The position numbers were made by a program, and so were the translations under genes. A stretch of 64,000 bases of DNA from an uncultured Bacteroidia bacterium (GTDB lineage Bacteria > Bacteroidota > Bacteroidia > JANWVE01): positions 192-64,191 of the forward strand of contig CALIZB010000045.1 of assembly GCA_938028625.1 (NCBI GenBank). The letters run 5' to 3'. The notes under the pieces are model-generated. The model made no database searches and was not told the origin of the DNA. It saw only the letters and a program-made list of their open reading frames with translations. This document shows positions 1-8,389 of this stretch, piece after piece; within the stretch, counting starts at the first letter, position 1, and each line of letters begins with the position of its first letter.

Positions 1-1
1 T

Positions 2-334
2 CAAGAAGGATATAGCGGGACTAACTTTATAGGATGCCCAGATAGTGGACAAAACTGCTTTTGGCCTCCTGTTGAAGTTTGTGGTAACTGTACTTCACAT
101 ATTCCTGTACTAGAAGAAGTGTTTAATACAGTACAAAATAGTAGTAGTGCAGACATTGTAGAGATATTCACTCTATACCGTGATGTCCCTGTTGAATACT
201 ACCATGACGAGTATGTGGACGGGGTCATCAGTGGAACTTATAGTGCAGGTTACTCACTACTTGACAATATTCATTATTTAAGATTTAAGCAAAACAATCA
301 AACTATTGCTGTATATCCACTTGTAATGCCATAA
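2..334 (+). CDS. Hypothetical Cys-rich protein, C-terminal fragment (gene begins upstream of window). Stop overlaps the ATG of the next gene.
   Basis: Open frame from base 2 with no stop until 332-334. ORF-track piece is 119..334. Stop/start overlap (taATGa) suggests an operon with 334..1512. Confidence 0.3.
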   Translation, partial: QEGYSGTNFIGCPDSGQNCFWPPVEVCGNCTSHIPVLEEVFNTVQNSSSADIVEIFTLYRDVPVEYYHDEYVDGVISGTYSAGYSLLDNIHYLRFKQNNQTIAVYPLVMP

Positions 335-1512
335 TGAAAAGAATTATCAACTATATGCTCGTAGTTATTTGTACCCTGTTCGTTATACTAACAGGGTGCA
401 AAACTACTAAAAAGCCTCCTTTTGAAAAAAAAAGAAGTGTTTCTATTACATTGCCTTATGCACCTGAGTCAAGATACTTGTTTGCACAAAATGATACTGT
501 ATATTTTTGTTCTTACAATTATAATACCTACAAACAAGTAGATATTTATGATACGTTTTATGGAGAGCGGATAAACCAGATAAGTTTAAATCATCTGTTT
601 TTACCTTATGGGGTAAGTTTTATTAAAGTAAAAAACACCGACAGTATACTTATGCTTGCAAATGATACTAACATACTGTATTTAATCAATAAACAAGGTA
701 AAATTTTACAAAAAATTGATATAGACAGTCTGATAAAAAAACACATATGCTTTACGTATCCTGTCCGAGTATGGGCACTATCATCTGATAAAATCTTGTA
801 CAAAAATGATATTATACTGCACGTAGCCAAAGATAAACCTATCAAAGAAAGCAATAGTGTATACCAATCCCAGGTTCAACATAATCAAAATCATATTTCA
901 CTACCCGGCTTTGTTTATATCTCTAACTTTCTCAATGTTAGTTCAAGTGTTGTATGTGACTCTTTACCTGTTATGAGCAAATATATGAAACAAAATGAGT
1001 ATTTTCCTATGATAATAAATTACTTTATGCATAGAGATACCTTATATTTTTATACGGGGTTTCATGATAAAGTAGTAAGATACAATGCAAAAAGTTTAGA
1101 ATACATAGACGAATTAAAGATTCACTCTGAATATACGAGATTAAAGTATCCTGTACCTGTAATTACTGAAGAGAATATTGATAAAGTTTTTCAGAATACA
1201 GGACACCTAATTAGTCGTTTAGGTTTCATTGTACAGATAGGATTTTATCCTAAAAAACAGCATTTTTACGTGTATGTTTCTCATAGTCATCGTGAATATC
1301 AGGAACAAAAAGAATACACACTACCTGTAAACATTGATGAAAGAAAAAGTTCTATAATTGTATATGATAAAAATTGGAAGAAAATATCAGAATATATGTT
1401 ACCTGATACAGAAAAAGATGTTTATTTTTTGGAAGACGGAAATTTTGTTACCTATACAAAATCCAAAAATCCGCGTAATATTACCCTCAATTTTTACCAA
1501 TGGACAGAATAA
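334..1512 (+). CDS. Hypothetical lipoprotein (signal peptide + lipobox LTGC). Possibly a beta-propeller-like Bacteroidota lipoprotein family.
   Basis: 392-aa ORF. N-terminus MKRIINYMLVVICTLFVILTGC is a textbook lipoprotein signal. No catalytic motif recognised. Confidence 0.5.
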   Translation: MKRIINYMLVVICTLFVILTGCKTTKKPPFEKKRSVSITLPYAPESRYLFAQNDTVYFCSYNYNTYKQVDIYDTFYGERINQISLNHLFLPYGVSFIKVKNTDSILMLANDTNILYLINKQGKILQKIDIDSLIKKHICFTYPVRVWALSSDKILYKNDIILHVAKDKPIKESNSVYQSQVQHNQNHISLPGFVYISNFLNVSSSVVCDSLPVMSKYMKQNEYFPMIINYFMHRDTLYFYTGFHDKVVRYNAKSLEYIDELKIHSEYTRLKYPVPVITEENIDKVFQNTGHLISRLGFIVQIGFYPKKQHFYVYVSHSHREYQEQKEYTLPVNIDERKSSIIVYDKNWKKISEYMLPDTEKDVYFLEDGNFVTYTKSKNPRNITLNFYQWTE

Positions 1513-1515
1513 ATT

Positions 1516-1968
1516 ATGAAAAAATGGTGTTTTTTAGCTGTTTTAACTTTGTTTTATCTTGTCTCCTGTGTACAAAAACAAGGTAAAAAAGACTTAAAAA
1601 CGTACTTCAAGCAAGAATTTAACACTGAACTCCCCGCACACGTACATACACTTATTGTGTTAGATGAAGTAGGTTGTAAAGGTTGTAATGTCAGCTTATC
1701 TAATTGGATACAAAAAAAAGCTCTCAACCATGAAAAAATATGGGTTTTAGTTACGGCTGCAGGTGCGCACCTAGATATTTCTCCGTATCTTAATGTAAGA
1801 TATAAAAATGTATTCATAGAGCAGAATATTGGAGCATTCCGAGAGTTACAATTGTGTGGTTCTTCGGGGATTATTCTGTTAGAACAAGGTAAAATACAAA
1901 AAACAGAGTGTCTTACTGCACAACAATTAGAAACACAATTCCAATTATTGGAAGAGAGAATAAAATAA
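1516..1968 (+). CDS. Small lipoprotein with CxxC (GCKGC) motif, possibly thioredoxin-like.
   Basis: 150-aa ORF 4 nt after the previous gene. N-terminus MKKWCFLAVLTLFYLVSC is a lipobox. Single CKGC dithiol motif. Confidence 0.45.
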   Translation: MKKWCFLAVLTLFYLVSCVQKQGKKDLKTYFKQEFNTELPAHVHTLIVLDEVGCKGCNVSLSNWIQKKALNHEKIWVLVTAAGAHLDISPYLNVRYKNVFIEQNIGAFRELQLCGSSGIILLEQGKIQKTECLTAQQLETQFQLLEERIK

Positions 1969-1994
1969 GATTTTATGAGTAAACTTTATTACTT

Positions 1995-2690
1995 TTGTGT
2001 ATGTTTATTGTTATTATCGCTTTGTTGCCCGTAGTGTTAATTAACACTTTTGTTTATGTAAAAGATAAAAAAGATAAAGAACCTATAAAAAACCTTGCTA
2101 TTTCTTTTATTTTAGGAGGGTTAAGTATCTTTTTTGTGGGCATACAACTCATTCTCCATGAGGCAAAAATCATAGGTACATGGGATAATTCTAAAAATGT
2201 AACAGATATTTTTTTACATGCGTTTATAGAAGTAGCCTTAGTAGAGGAGTTAGGTAAATACGTCATGTTGCGCGGGTATGCGTATAGAAGAGAAGCGTTT
2301 AATGAACCTTTTGATGGTATTGTGTATTCGGTTATGGTATCTATGGGATTTGCGGGCTTTGAAAACATTATGTATTCTTTACAAGGGTTAAGTACGGCTA
2401 TTTTAAGGGCTTTTACGGCTGTTCCTGCGCATGCTACTTTTGCCGTAGCTATGGGCTATTATGTGGGGTTAGCCAAATTTAACCCTGAAAAAAGCAGATT
2501 ATATCAATTTATAGGAGTGAGTTTAGCGGTTATTTTTCATGGTTTTTATGATTTCTTTTTGATGTCGCAAGAGCAAATAGGTATGTTTCTGGGAGCATTT
2601 GTTACACTCATTGTGGGCATAGTATTGAGCTTAAAAGCCATAAAACGCCATAAAGCCTTAAAAGAACAACATTTTGCTCAAAACACATAA
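1995..2690 (+). CDS. PrsW-family intramembrane protease-like membrane protein.
   Basis: 231 aa, multi-TM. Carries EELGKY (EExxK), FAGFEN and HATFAVAMG/FHGFYD motifs resembling PrsW/CPBP-type glutamic proteases. Confidence 0.5.
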   Translation: MCMFIVIIALLPVVLINTFVYVKDKKDKEPIKNLAISFILGGLSIFFVGIQLILHEAKIIGTWDNSKNVTDIFLHAFIEVALVEELGKYVMLRGYAYRREAFNEPFDGIVYSVMVSMGFAGFENIMYSLQGLSTAILRAFTAVPAHATFAVAMGYYVGLAKFNPEKSRLYQFIGVSLAVIFHGFYDFFLMSQEQIGMFLGAFVTLIVGIVLSLKAIKRHKALKEQHFAQNT

Positions 2691-2698
2691 AAAATTCA

Positions 2699-5399
2699 TC
2701 AATAGCCCATAAAATAACTTATCTCTATTTGTACATATCGGGACATAAGCCGTTGATTTTGTATGGTATAGTTAAAATCTGTGAAGTTTATTTGTCTGAA
2801 TTGCTGATTGTTGAGTAGGTTATTAACTTTTACTCCCAAAGAAAAATGGTTTTTTTGATATTCGGCAAAAACATTGAGAAAATACGGCATATTGAGCTTT
2901 TGTCCGCGTATCATAAGATATTCAGAGGATATACCTGCACGAAATTTTAAGCTCAATGTATAAGATAAATCTAAAAATACATGTGTAGTCTGATTATATT
3001 GACGGTTAGTATTACTAGTTGCTATGTTATTAGCTACGGAATAAGTATGATTTTGTTGTACTTGAGCATGATAATTGAATACCTTAAATCCTGAACGCAG
3101 ACTTACAGAATAAAAGTGCGAATAGGTTATATTTTGCCTTTCCACGTTATTAACATAGTTAAAATATCGGAACTGATGAAGAGAATAAGTGCCGCGTAAA
3201 GCCGAAGTAATTTGTTTAAAGTACTGTGACACATTCGTGTTTATCATAAGCATTGTATTAGATTTATCTTTACTTACAAAAGCCATTTGATTTTGATTAG
3301 CTACAGTACTTATAAGATTTTCATACAATATGGGACGCTGCATAAGGTTGTACATAAGAATAGTATTCCATTTGAATTTACTTTGATTAGTGTTAAAAAA
3401 GTTGATAAAAGTAAAACTGTGTGAAGGTGAGATGTTAAACTGTCCTAATCCGAATGTGCCACCCTGAAAGTTTTGCAAAATATATCCGTCAAATACACTT
3501 TGAAAAGGACTTATATCCAATTTTCGTTCATAGTTAAGTGAAGTCATAAAAGGGCGCTTGTTGTATTGAACACTTATTTTTGGCAAAAAATAAGGCATTT
3601 GTAAAGTTTTTTGGTTATAGGTAAAATTCAAATATCCAGCTTCCGTAGTAAGATTAAGGCTATAATTTTCATGATTATATTTATGTTCTATGTATGCATA
3701 GTAACGTTGTGTAGTAGGTACACCAAGCCGATTAAGTGTATCAAAAAAAGTGCTGTAATCTGTAAAAAAAGCGGTTTTTATACGTTGTTTTTCATGTTCT
3801 GCACCGATAGTAGCGGTAAAATAGTATTTTTTGTGGTTAGTATTGTAAATAGCATTGAGTTTTGCATTTTGATGGGGCTGTTCAATGGTTTGTTGTATAT
3901 GTGCGTATCCTGTATCTTGTAATATAGGAACAAACTGATTACGATATAAATTATAGTGTTGTGTAAAATCAAATTCAGTTTGATAAAGTGTAATTAAGCG
4001 AATAGCTTGCTTTTTAGTAATTTGGTAGGTATATTCTGTATTTTCAAATAAAGTTTTTCTGAATGTGCGCAGGTGCTGTGTATAAGGTCTGCCATTAAAA
4101 AGTATCTCTTCATGATGGAATTTTTCAGTATAACTCAATCCATTTATCCATCTAAAAAGATGACGAGATTTAAGTTTGGAGAGGTAAGTACTCACATCTG
4201 TATTTAGAGGTTTGTAAGTAAGGCTGTGGCGTTGTGTATTTTGAATGGTATCAGAATTGGGCAAAATAAAACCTTGTGTATATTCCTGAAACATTTGATT
4301 TTTACCTGTGATTAAAGATGCAGTGCTTTTGAACTCCCATTTTTTGGGCAGTTTGAAAAGATAGGCTTGTTCTAGGTTGTAGCTTTGGTTAAAATTAGAG
4401 ATAGGTGTATTAAAATTGGATATAGTGGAGTAGTTTGGAAAATTGAGTATAGCTGTAGTTGGCGACATATCATAACTACTATTGGGATTAAGTAGGCTTA
4501 AATAATTTCCTGAAAAGAAGAAATCTGCGGTTTTTTCTAAATTCAGGTTATCGGTATCGCCTATGTTATTTGTTTTGGCAGAGAGAATAGTTTTGAATTT
4601 TTTACGAAGGAGCATTTCTTCTATTTTTACCTTGTAACGTGGTGCGTAATGTGCATCTATACCTGCGGATATGCTATATTCTCCTGTCCACACATTACGG
4701 GCTTTGGCATTGAGTTTTAAGTTAAGAACTTTTTCATCGGTGCTTTGAATTTTTGTAAGCAAAGGATTATCAGAGTATTTGTCTATTACTTGAATGGTAT
4801 CTACGGATTGTGCAGGGAGCGTTTTAGTAATTTTTTGATAATTATTTCCTTTAAGGTCATCACCGTCAATGAGTACGCGCGAGATTATTTTGCCATTATG
4901 TTTTATTTTACCTTTTTCATCAATTTCCACTCCCGGAATTTTTTTGAGAACATCTTCTATTTTTTTATCACCAGGTTGAATAAGGTCTTTTACTTTGTAG
5001 TCTAAGGTGTCTTTTATGGCAGGAGGCTTATTTTCTATGATAACTGTTTCTTTTAATTTGACTGTTGTAGGCACTAAAATAATATCAAAAAATTGAGTAG
5101 TTTTAGTAGTATCTATAATAAAAGAACGTGTTTTATAGCCAAGTAGTGCGATATCCAGGGTTAAATTAGGTTTTTTAGGTACTTCTATTTCAAAATTACC
5201 TTTGCTGTTTGTTTCACTAAATTGTAAGATATAACCTTCGGGGACTTGTTTTATTGTAACAATAGCTCCTGATATACTTTTTTGGTTAGTGCTGTCTTTT
5301 ACAGTTCCTTGAAGAAGAATATTTTGTGCATGAAGCGAGTAGCTAAAAAAAAAATTGTGTTACACAGAGCAGAAAATAAAAAAACAGGTTATTTTTCAT
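2699..5399 (-). pseudogene. TonB-dependent-receptor-like outer-membrane beta-barrel protein with N-terminal CarboxypepD_reg domain. The signal-peptide start (ATG 5397-5399) is out of frame with the body because of an A10/T10 homopolymer.
   Basis: Track ORF 2699..5074 starts at GTG. The same frame stays open upstream to a TAA at 5360-5362 and encodes ...FFFSYSLHAQNILLQGTVKDS (signal-peptidase site plus CarboxypepD_reg). Plug-like motif NLKLNAKARNVW follows. C-terminal aromatic residue (…FMGY). A perfect signal peptide MKNNLFFYFLLCVTQFFF sits in the -1 frame and terminates right after the T10 run. Confidence 0.6.
5345..5354. repeat. Homopolymer A10 (T10 on the coding strand) at the signal-peptide/mature-protein junction of the OMP gene. 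Candidate slipped-strand phase-variation switch.
   Basis: Ten consecutive A at 5345-5354. 9 or 12 T would fuse signal peptide and body in frame. Confidence 0.5.
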
Positions 5400-5576
5400 A
5401 GCTGATTAATTTTGATGAGTTCAAATGTATAGTATGTTAATTTATTTAATTTTAATACGTTGAAAATGACAAAACCAAAAAAAGATTATTATGTTTTATT
5501 ATACAATCGGGGCATTATGTATCTCTTTTTGCGCAAAAATATAATAGATGTATTAAGTTTGCAATACCTAAATTTT

Positions 5577-6353
5577 TCATTCAAATTCTATTTCCCATTC
5601 AGGGACAATGCTTTTATATTGAAAATGATATTTTACACGTTCTTCTTCGGGCGAGCGTTCTTCTTCGGCATTCATTTGTGCAGTAATTTCCTTAATTTTT
5701 TTATCTATGCGGGTTTTATAGTGTTCTTTATATTCTTGCCATGAAGTTTTTACATCATTTTTATGATAGGGGATAGAGGAATAGTTTTGTAAAATTTTTT
5801 GTATATTATCTTGTTTTACAGGTATTTCTATTTCATTACATTGTAGTACGATAACACTGTCCTGTGTATAAGCAGTAAGGATTAAACCAGGTAGTCCATG
5901 TAATTTCCATGGTCCAAATTTGATGGGGATTTGTGGCGTAAACCATGCTTGCCAAGTACGTCCCCTAAATGTTGTTATGGCTTTTTGACAGGTATAATTT
6001 TGTATTTTTTTCGTTTCAGGACAAATTTGCCATTTTATTTTTGGAATACCATGAGGTTCATACGTGTACACTCTATACGCAGGAATAACTGTGCGGATAC
6101 ACATCTGGTTTTTTGCAGAATACGTGTAAATTACATTTCCTATATTTTCTCTTTTATCTCTTTCTGCATCATAAACAAAAATAGCGGTTTGTTCGTTGTA
6201 GTACAGGAATGTAGGAATATTTTTTATTTCCTGTTGTTGTGCAGAGAGAGTGTCATTTTTGAATGAAAGACTGTAATAAATTATTCCATTGTTTATCTGA
6301 GACTTGCAATGAAAAGATACTATTACCAATAAGCTGATATGCCATATTTTCAT
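5577..6353 (-). CDS. GLPGLI-family protein (Bacteroidota-specific paralogous family of unknown function) with signal peptide.
   Basis: 258 aa. Literal GLPGLIL motif within ...FRGRTWQAWFTPQIPIKFGPWKLHGLPGLILTAY. N-terminal signal MKIWHISLLVIVSFHC. Paralog of 6791..7798. Confidence 0.7.
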   Translation of the reverse strand: MKIWHISLLVIVSFHCKSQINNGIIYYSLSFKNDTLSAQQQEIKNIPTFLYYNEQTAIFVYDAERDKRENIGNVIYTYSAKNQMCIRTVIPAYRVYTYEPHGIPKIKWQICPETKKIQNYTCQKAITTFRGRTWQAWFTPQIPIKFGPWKLHGLPGLILTAYTQDSVIVLQCNEIEIPVKQDNIQKILQNYSSIPYHKNDVKTSWQEYKEHYKTRIDKKIKEITAQMNAEEERSPEEERVKYHFQYKSIVPEWEIEFE

Positions 6354-6428
6354 AATACCATTAAATAAACGATATTTAAATTTAAGTCTGATTTGTTGTT
6401 TAATAAAACCAGGCTTTTACAAAAAAGT

Positions 6429-6671
6429 TTACTTTGTTAGAATATCACATAATTTTCCTGCATTTGCACCTGCTTTTTTACATGCTTTTTCATAATTACT
6501 TCCTTCACCGTAACCAGTTATAGTACCGCCTGCACATTGTATAGTAACGGTACAAGATACTATTTGTACATCTTTTTTGGGTTCTACCTTTTCAGGTTTA
6601 TTCTCTGCCCAACTCATTACGGGGAGCAACATTAACGCCGCTACAACCCAAATTTTTCTTACCTTTTTCAT
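6429..6671 (-). CDS. Small secreted cysteine-rich peptide A (80 aa; Sec signal + ~54-aa mature peptide with 4 Cys and a GYGEG motif).
   Basis: N-terminus MKKVRKIWVVAALMLLPVMSWA|ENKPE. Mature part has C-x6-C … GYGEG … AC … C. Sits directly upstream of a GLPGLI gene. Paralog at 7824..8099. Confidence 0.6.
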   Translation of the reverse strand: MKKVRKIWVVAALMLLPVMSWAENKPEKVEPKKDVQIVSCTVTIQCAGGTITGYGEGSNYEKACKKAGANAGKLCDILTK

Positions 6672-6786
6672 AGCTTATTTATGAGATTAAATGCACCGCA
6701 GAAATCTAAAAAAAAAAATACAAGTCAAGTTTTATATAAAAAATATTTCTATTTTTCTTGTATCTCTTTGAAAAAGAGTTTTTTAT
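6589..6786. repeat. Copy A of a ~200 bp direct repeat (~96% identical to 8017..8218). Covers the first ~27 codons (signal peptide), 5'UTR and promoter of the small-peptide gene.
   Basis: Base-by-base comparison with 8017..8218 shows ~6 substitutions plus a 2-nt homopolymer length difference. Homology ends abruptly after ENKPE codons. Confidence 0.8.
6708..6718. promoter_or_regulatory. Poly(A)11 / poly(T)11 tract in the putative promoter spacer of peptide gene A (~37 nt upstream of its ATG).
   Basis: In minus-strand orientation: …AACTTGACTTGTA-T11-AGATTTCTGCGG…ATG. Flanked by TTG (-33-like) and TAgaTTTC (Bacteroidota -7 TAnnTTTG-like) elements. Copy B has T13. Confidence 0.4.
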
Positions 6787-6790
6787 AGAT

Positions 6791-7798
6791 TTAGTATTCA
6801 AATTCTAATTCTATCTGAGGTTCTTCACATACAGCTCCCATTTTTATCATTCTAAAACTATTACCTCTACTTTGATATTCTGCATTTAATTGTTTTGTGT
6901 ACTCATCAATTTTCTTTTGAGTTAAAGTTCTATAATAGTCTTTGTAATCCTCCCAAGTTGCATTCAACTTACCGTCCCGATAAGGTTTTATTTCTAGTCC
7001 AATATCTTCCAGAATAAGTTTATTGGTAGCAGGAATTTCTATCTCTTCAAACAAGAAATTAATTTTTTTATCTTTATCATATACTTCTAAAATTAAGCCG
7101 GGTAAGCCATAGAACTTCCAAGGACCCATTTTAATAGGAATATCAGGACAAAACCATGCTTCCCAATGCCTTCCCCTGAAATAACAGGTAGCTTTGTAAC
7201 AAGTAAAAGAACCTAATCTTCGGGTTTCTGTGGTAATACTCCAATTAAATTTAGGAAATTTATCGCCATTCTCTTCTATGATAGCTAATCCTAATAAAAA
7301 AACACCATCTCTGTGCACCATTTCTTTGGTTAGTATGTTTTTATATATTACTTCGCCGGTGTTATCAAATTTTGTTTTTGTATTAGGTATTTTTTTACTG
7401 CCATACATGTACACAGAAGCATAATCATTAAAAAGCAAAAAAGACGGATTAACCGTAGAACTTTTTCGATCGAGCATAATAATACTATAAACACTATCAG
7501 GTATGTTTTGATTAACTTCAAATATTTGTTTGTAAGTAACTAAACCTGTTGTGTTTTGTGTATAAACTAAATAATTGAAGCAAGATAACAAGATAATTAT
7601 AGTGCTTAGTTTCATGGCGAGATAATTACATAATATATTGATGAATAAATTTGAAAATGCTGGTATTTTAATTGTATGAATAGCTATTTTAAACTTACTT
7701 AGCATACCATTTTTATGCTTAAGGGTATCTATCACACTTTGAAATACCAGTTCAAGGTTATTAGAAAATTTGTTATTTAATACACATTTATGACTCAA
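6791..7798 (-). CDS. GLPGLI-family protein, second paralog. The track ORF starts at TTG 7798. Probable true start is the signal-peptide Met at ~7614 (MKLSTIIILLSCFNYLVYTQN).
   Basis: …FRGRHWEAWFCPDIPIKMGPWKFYGLPGLILEVY… aligns with the 5577..6353 product. The internal Met begins a clear signal peptide. Confidence 0.65.
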   Translation of the reverse strand: MSHKCVLNNKFSNNLELVFQSVIDTLKHKNGMLSKFKIAIHTIKIPAFSNLFINILCNYLAMKLSTIIILLSCFNYLVYTQNTTGLVTYKQIFEVNQNIPDSVYSIIMLDRKSSTVNPSFLLFNDYASVYMYGSKKIPNTKTKFDNTGEVIYKNILTKEMVHRDGVFLLGLAIIEENGDKFPKFNWSITTETRRLGSFTCYKATCYFRGRHWEAWFCPDIPIKMGPWKFYGLPGLILEVYDKDKKINFLFEEIEIPATNKLILEDIGLEIKPYRDGKLNATWEDYKDYYRTLTQKKIDEYTKQLNAEYQSRGNSFRMIKMGAVCEEPQIELEFEY

Positions 7799-7823
7799 TC
7801 ATCAAATAGTATTTGAGAAATGA

Positions 7824-8099
7824 TTATAGTAGGGCAAATACCGTACACATAGCTAATGCTGACACATATGCTTCTGCACAAGCACTTGCCTGGTCCACAC
7901 CCTCACCATACCCATATACCCAACCGTCTGTCCACTCGCTACATTTAGTAGCTAATACACAAGGGATCTGTTGTACTTGTTTTGTGTTTTCTATTTTTAC
8001 TTCATTTCTTGGAGTATTTTCAGGCTTATTCTCTGCCCAACTCATTACGGGGAGCAACACTAACGCCGCTACAACCCAAATTTTTCTTACCTTTTTCAT
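7824..8099 (-). CDS. Small secreted cysteine-rich peptide B (91 aa), paralog of peptide A. Near-identical signal peptide, divergent mature region.
   Basis: N-terminus MKKVRKIWVVAALVLLPVMSWAENKPE. Mature part again has C-x5/6-C … GYGEG … AC … C. Located upstream of the second GLPGLI gene. Confidence 0.6.
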   Translation of the reverse strand: MKKVRKIWVVAALVLLPVMSWAENKPENTPRNEVKIENTKQVQQIPCVLATKCSEWTDGWVYGYGEGVDQASACAEAYVSALAMCTVFALL

Positions 8100-8218
8100 A
8101 GCTTGTTTATGAGATTAAATGCACCGCAAAAATCTAAAAAAAAAAAAATACAAGTCAAGTTTTATATAAAAAATATTTCTATTTTTCTTGTATGTGTTTG
8201 AAAAAGAGTTATTTTTAT
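8017..8218. repeat. Copy B of the ~200 bp promoter + leader direct repeat (see 6589..6786).
   Basis: Direct comparison. Contains an A13 tract (8136-8148) instead of A11. Confidence 0.8.
8136..8148. promoter_or_regulatory. Poly(A)13 / poly(T)13 tract in the promoter spacer of peptide gene B.
   Basis: Same context as 6708-6718 but two nucleotides longer. Confidence 0.4.
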
Positions 8219-8389
8219 ATATTGGTGTTAGAATTACAACCAAAATACTTTTTTTGTATTGTTAAATAAGCAAACCTATATTGAGTCTAACTAATAATAA
8301 TTCAAGTTATGCATTGAGAAGTTAAATGTAAAGTGGATATAAGAAAAATTTGTTTGTTTAGAGATAATTCTTGTAAATTGCATGCGGAT

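Noticed and set aside
606-854. 82-aa ORF antisense inside the 334..1512 lipoprotein gene. The same applies to many other 60-130-aa antisense or overlapping ORFs in the track (e.g. 1554..1817, 2054..2368, 3611..3922, 5931..6266, 7230..7424, 7813..8112, 8686..8940, 14861..15277, 17982..18295, 19941..20135, 32565..32939, 34005..34523, 43387..44586 set, 53254..53634).
   Set aside because: Each lies entirely within and antisense to, or out of frame with, a longer ORF that has clear protein-family features. Low-complexity translations with no signal or domain features: typical AT-rich-genome spurious ORFs.
5460-5744. 94-aa plus-strand ORF overlapping the 3' end of the GLPGLI gene and the OMP promoter region.
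   Set aside because: Low-complexity F/I/L-rich translation overlapping a well-supported minus-strand gene.
7612-7798. Possible one-base inconsistency between my manual frame tracking and the ORF track near 7741 (tttgg vs tttg) in GLPGLI gene 2.
   Set aside because: Most likely my own indexing error while reading the printed lines. The track reports a continuous ORF, so I did not call a frameshift here.
8333-8389. Upstream extension (MDIRKICLFRDNSCKLHAD) of the NuoN-like ORF.
   Set aside because: Not hydrophobic and not part of NuoN homologs. The MENLTLDLLQSLPLILLLV start gives a normal first TM helix.
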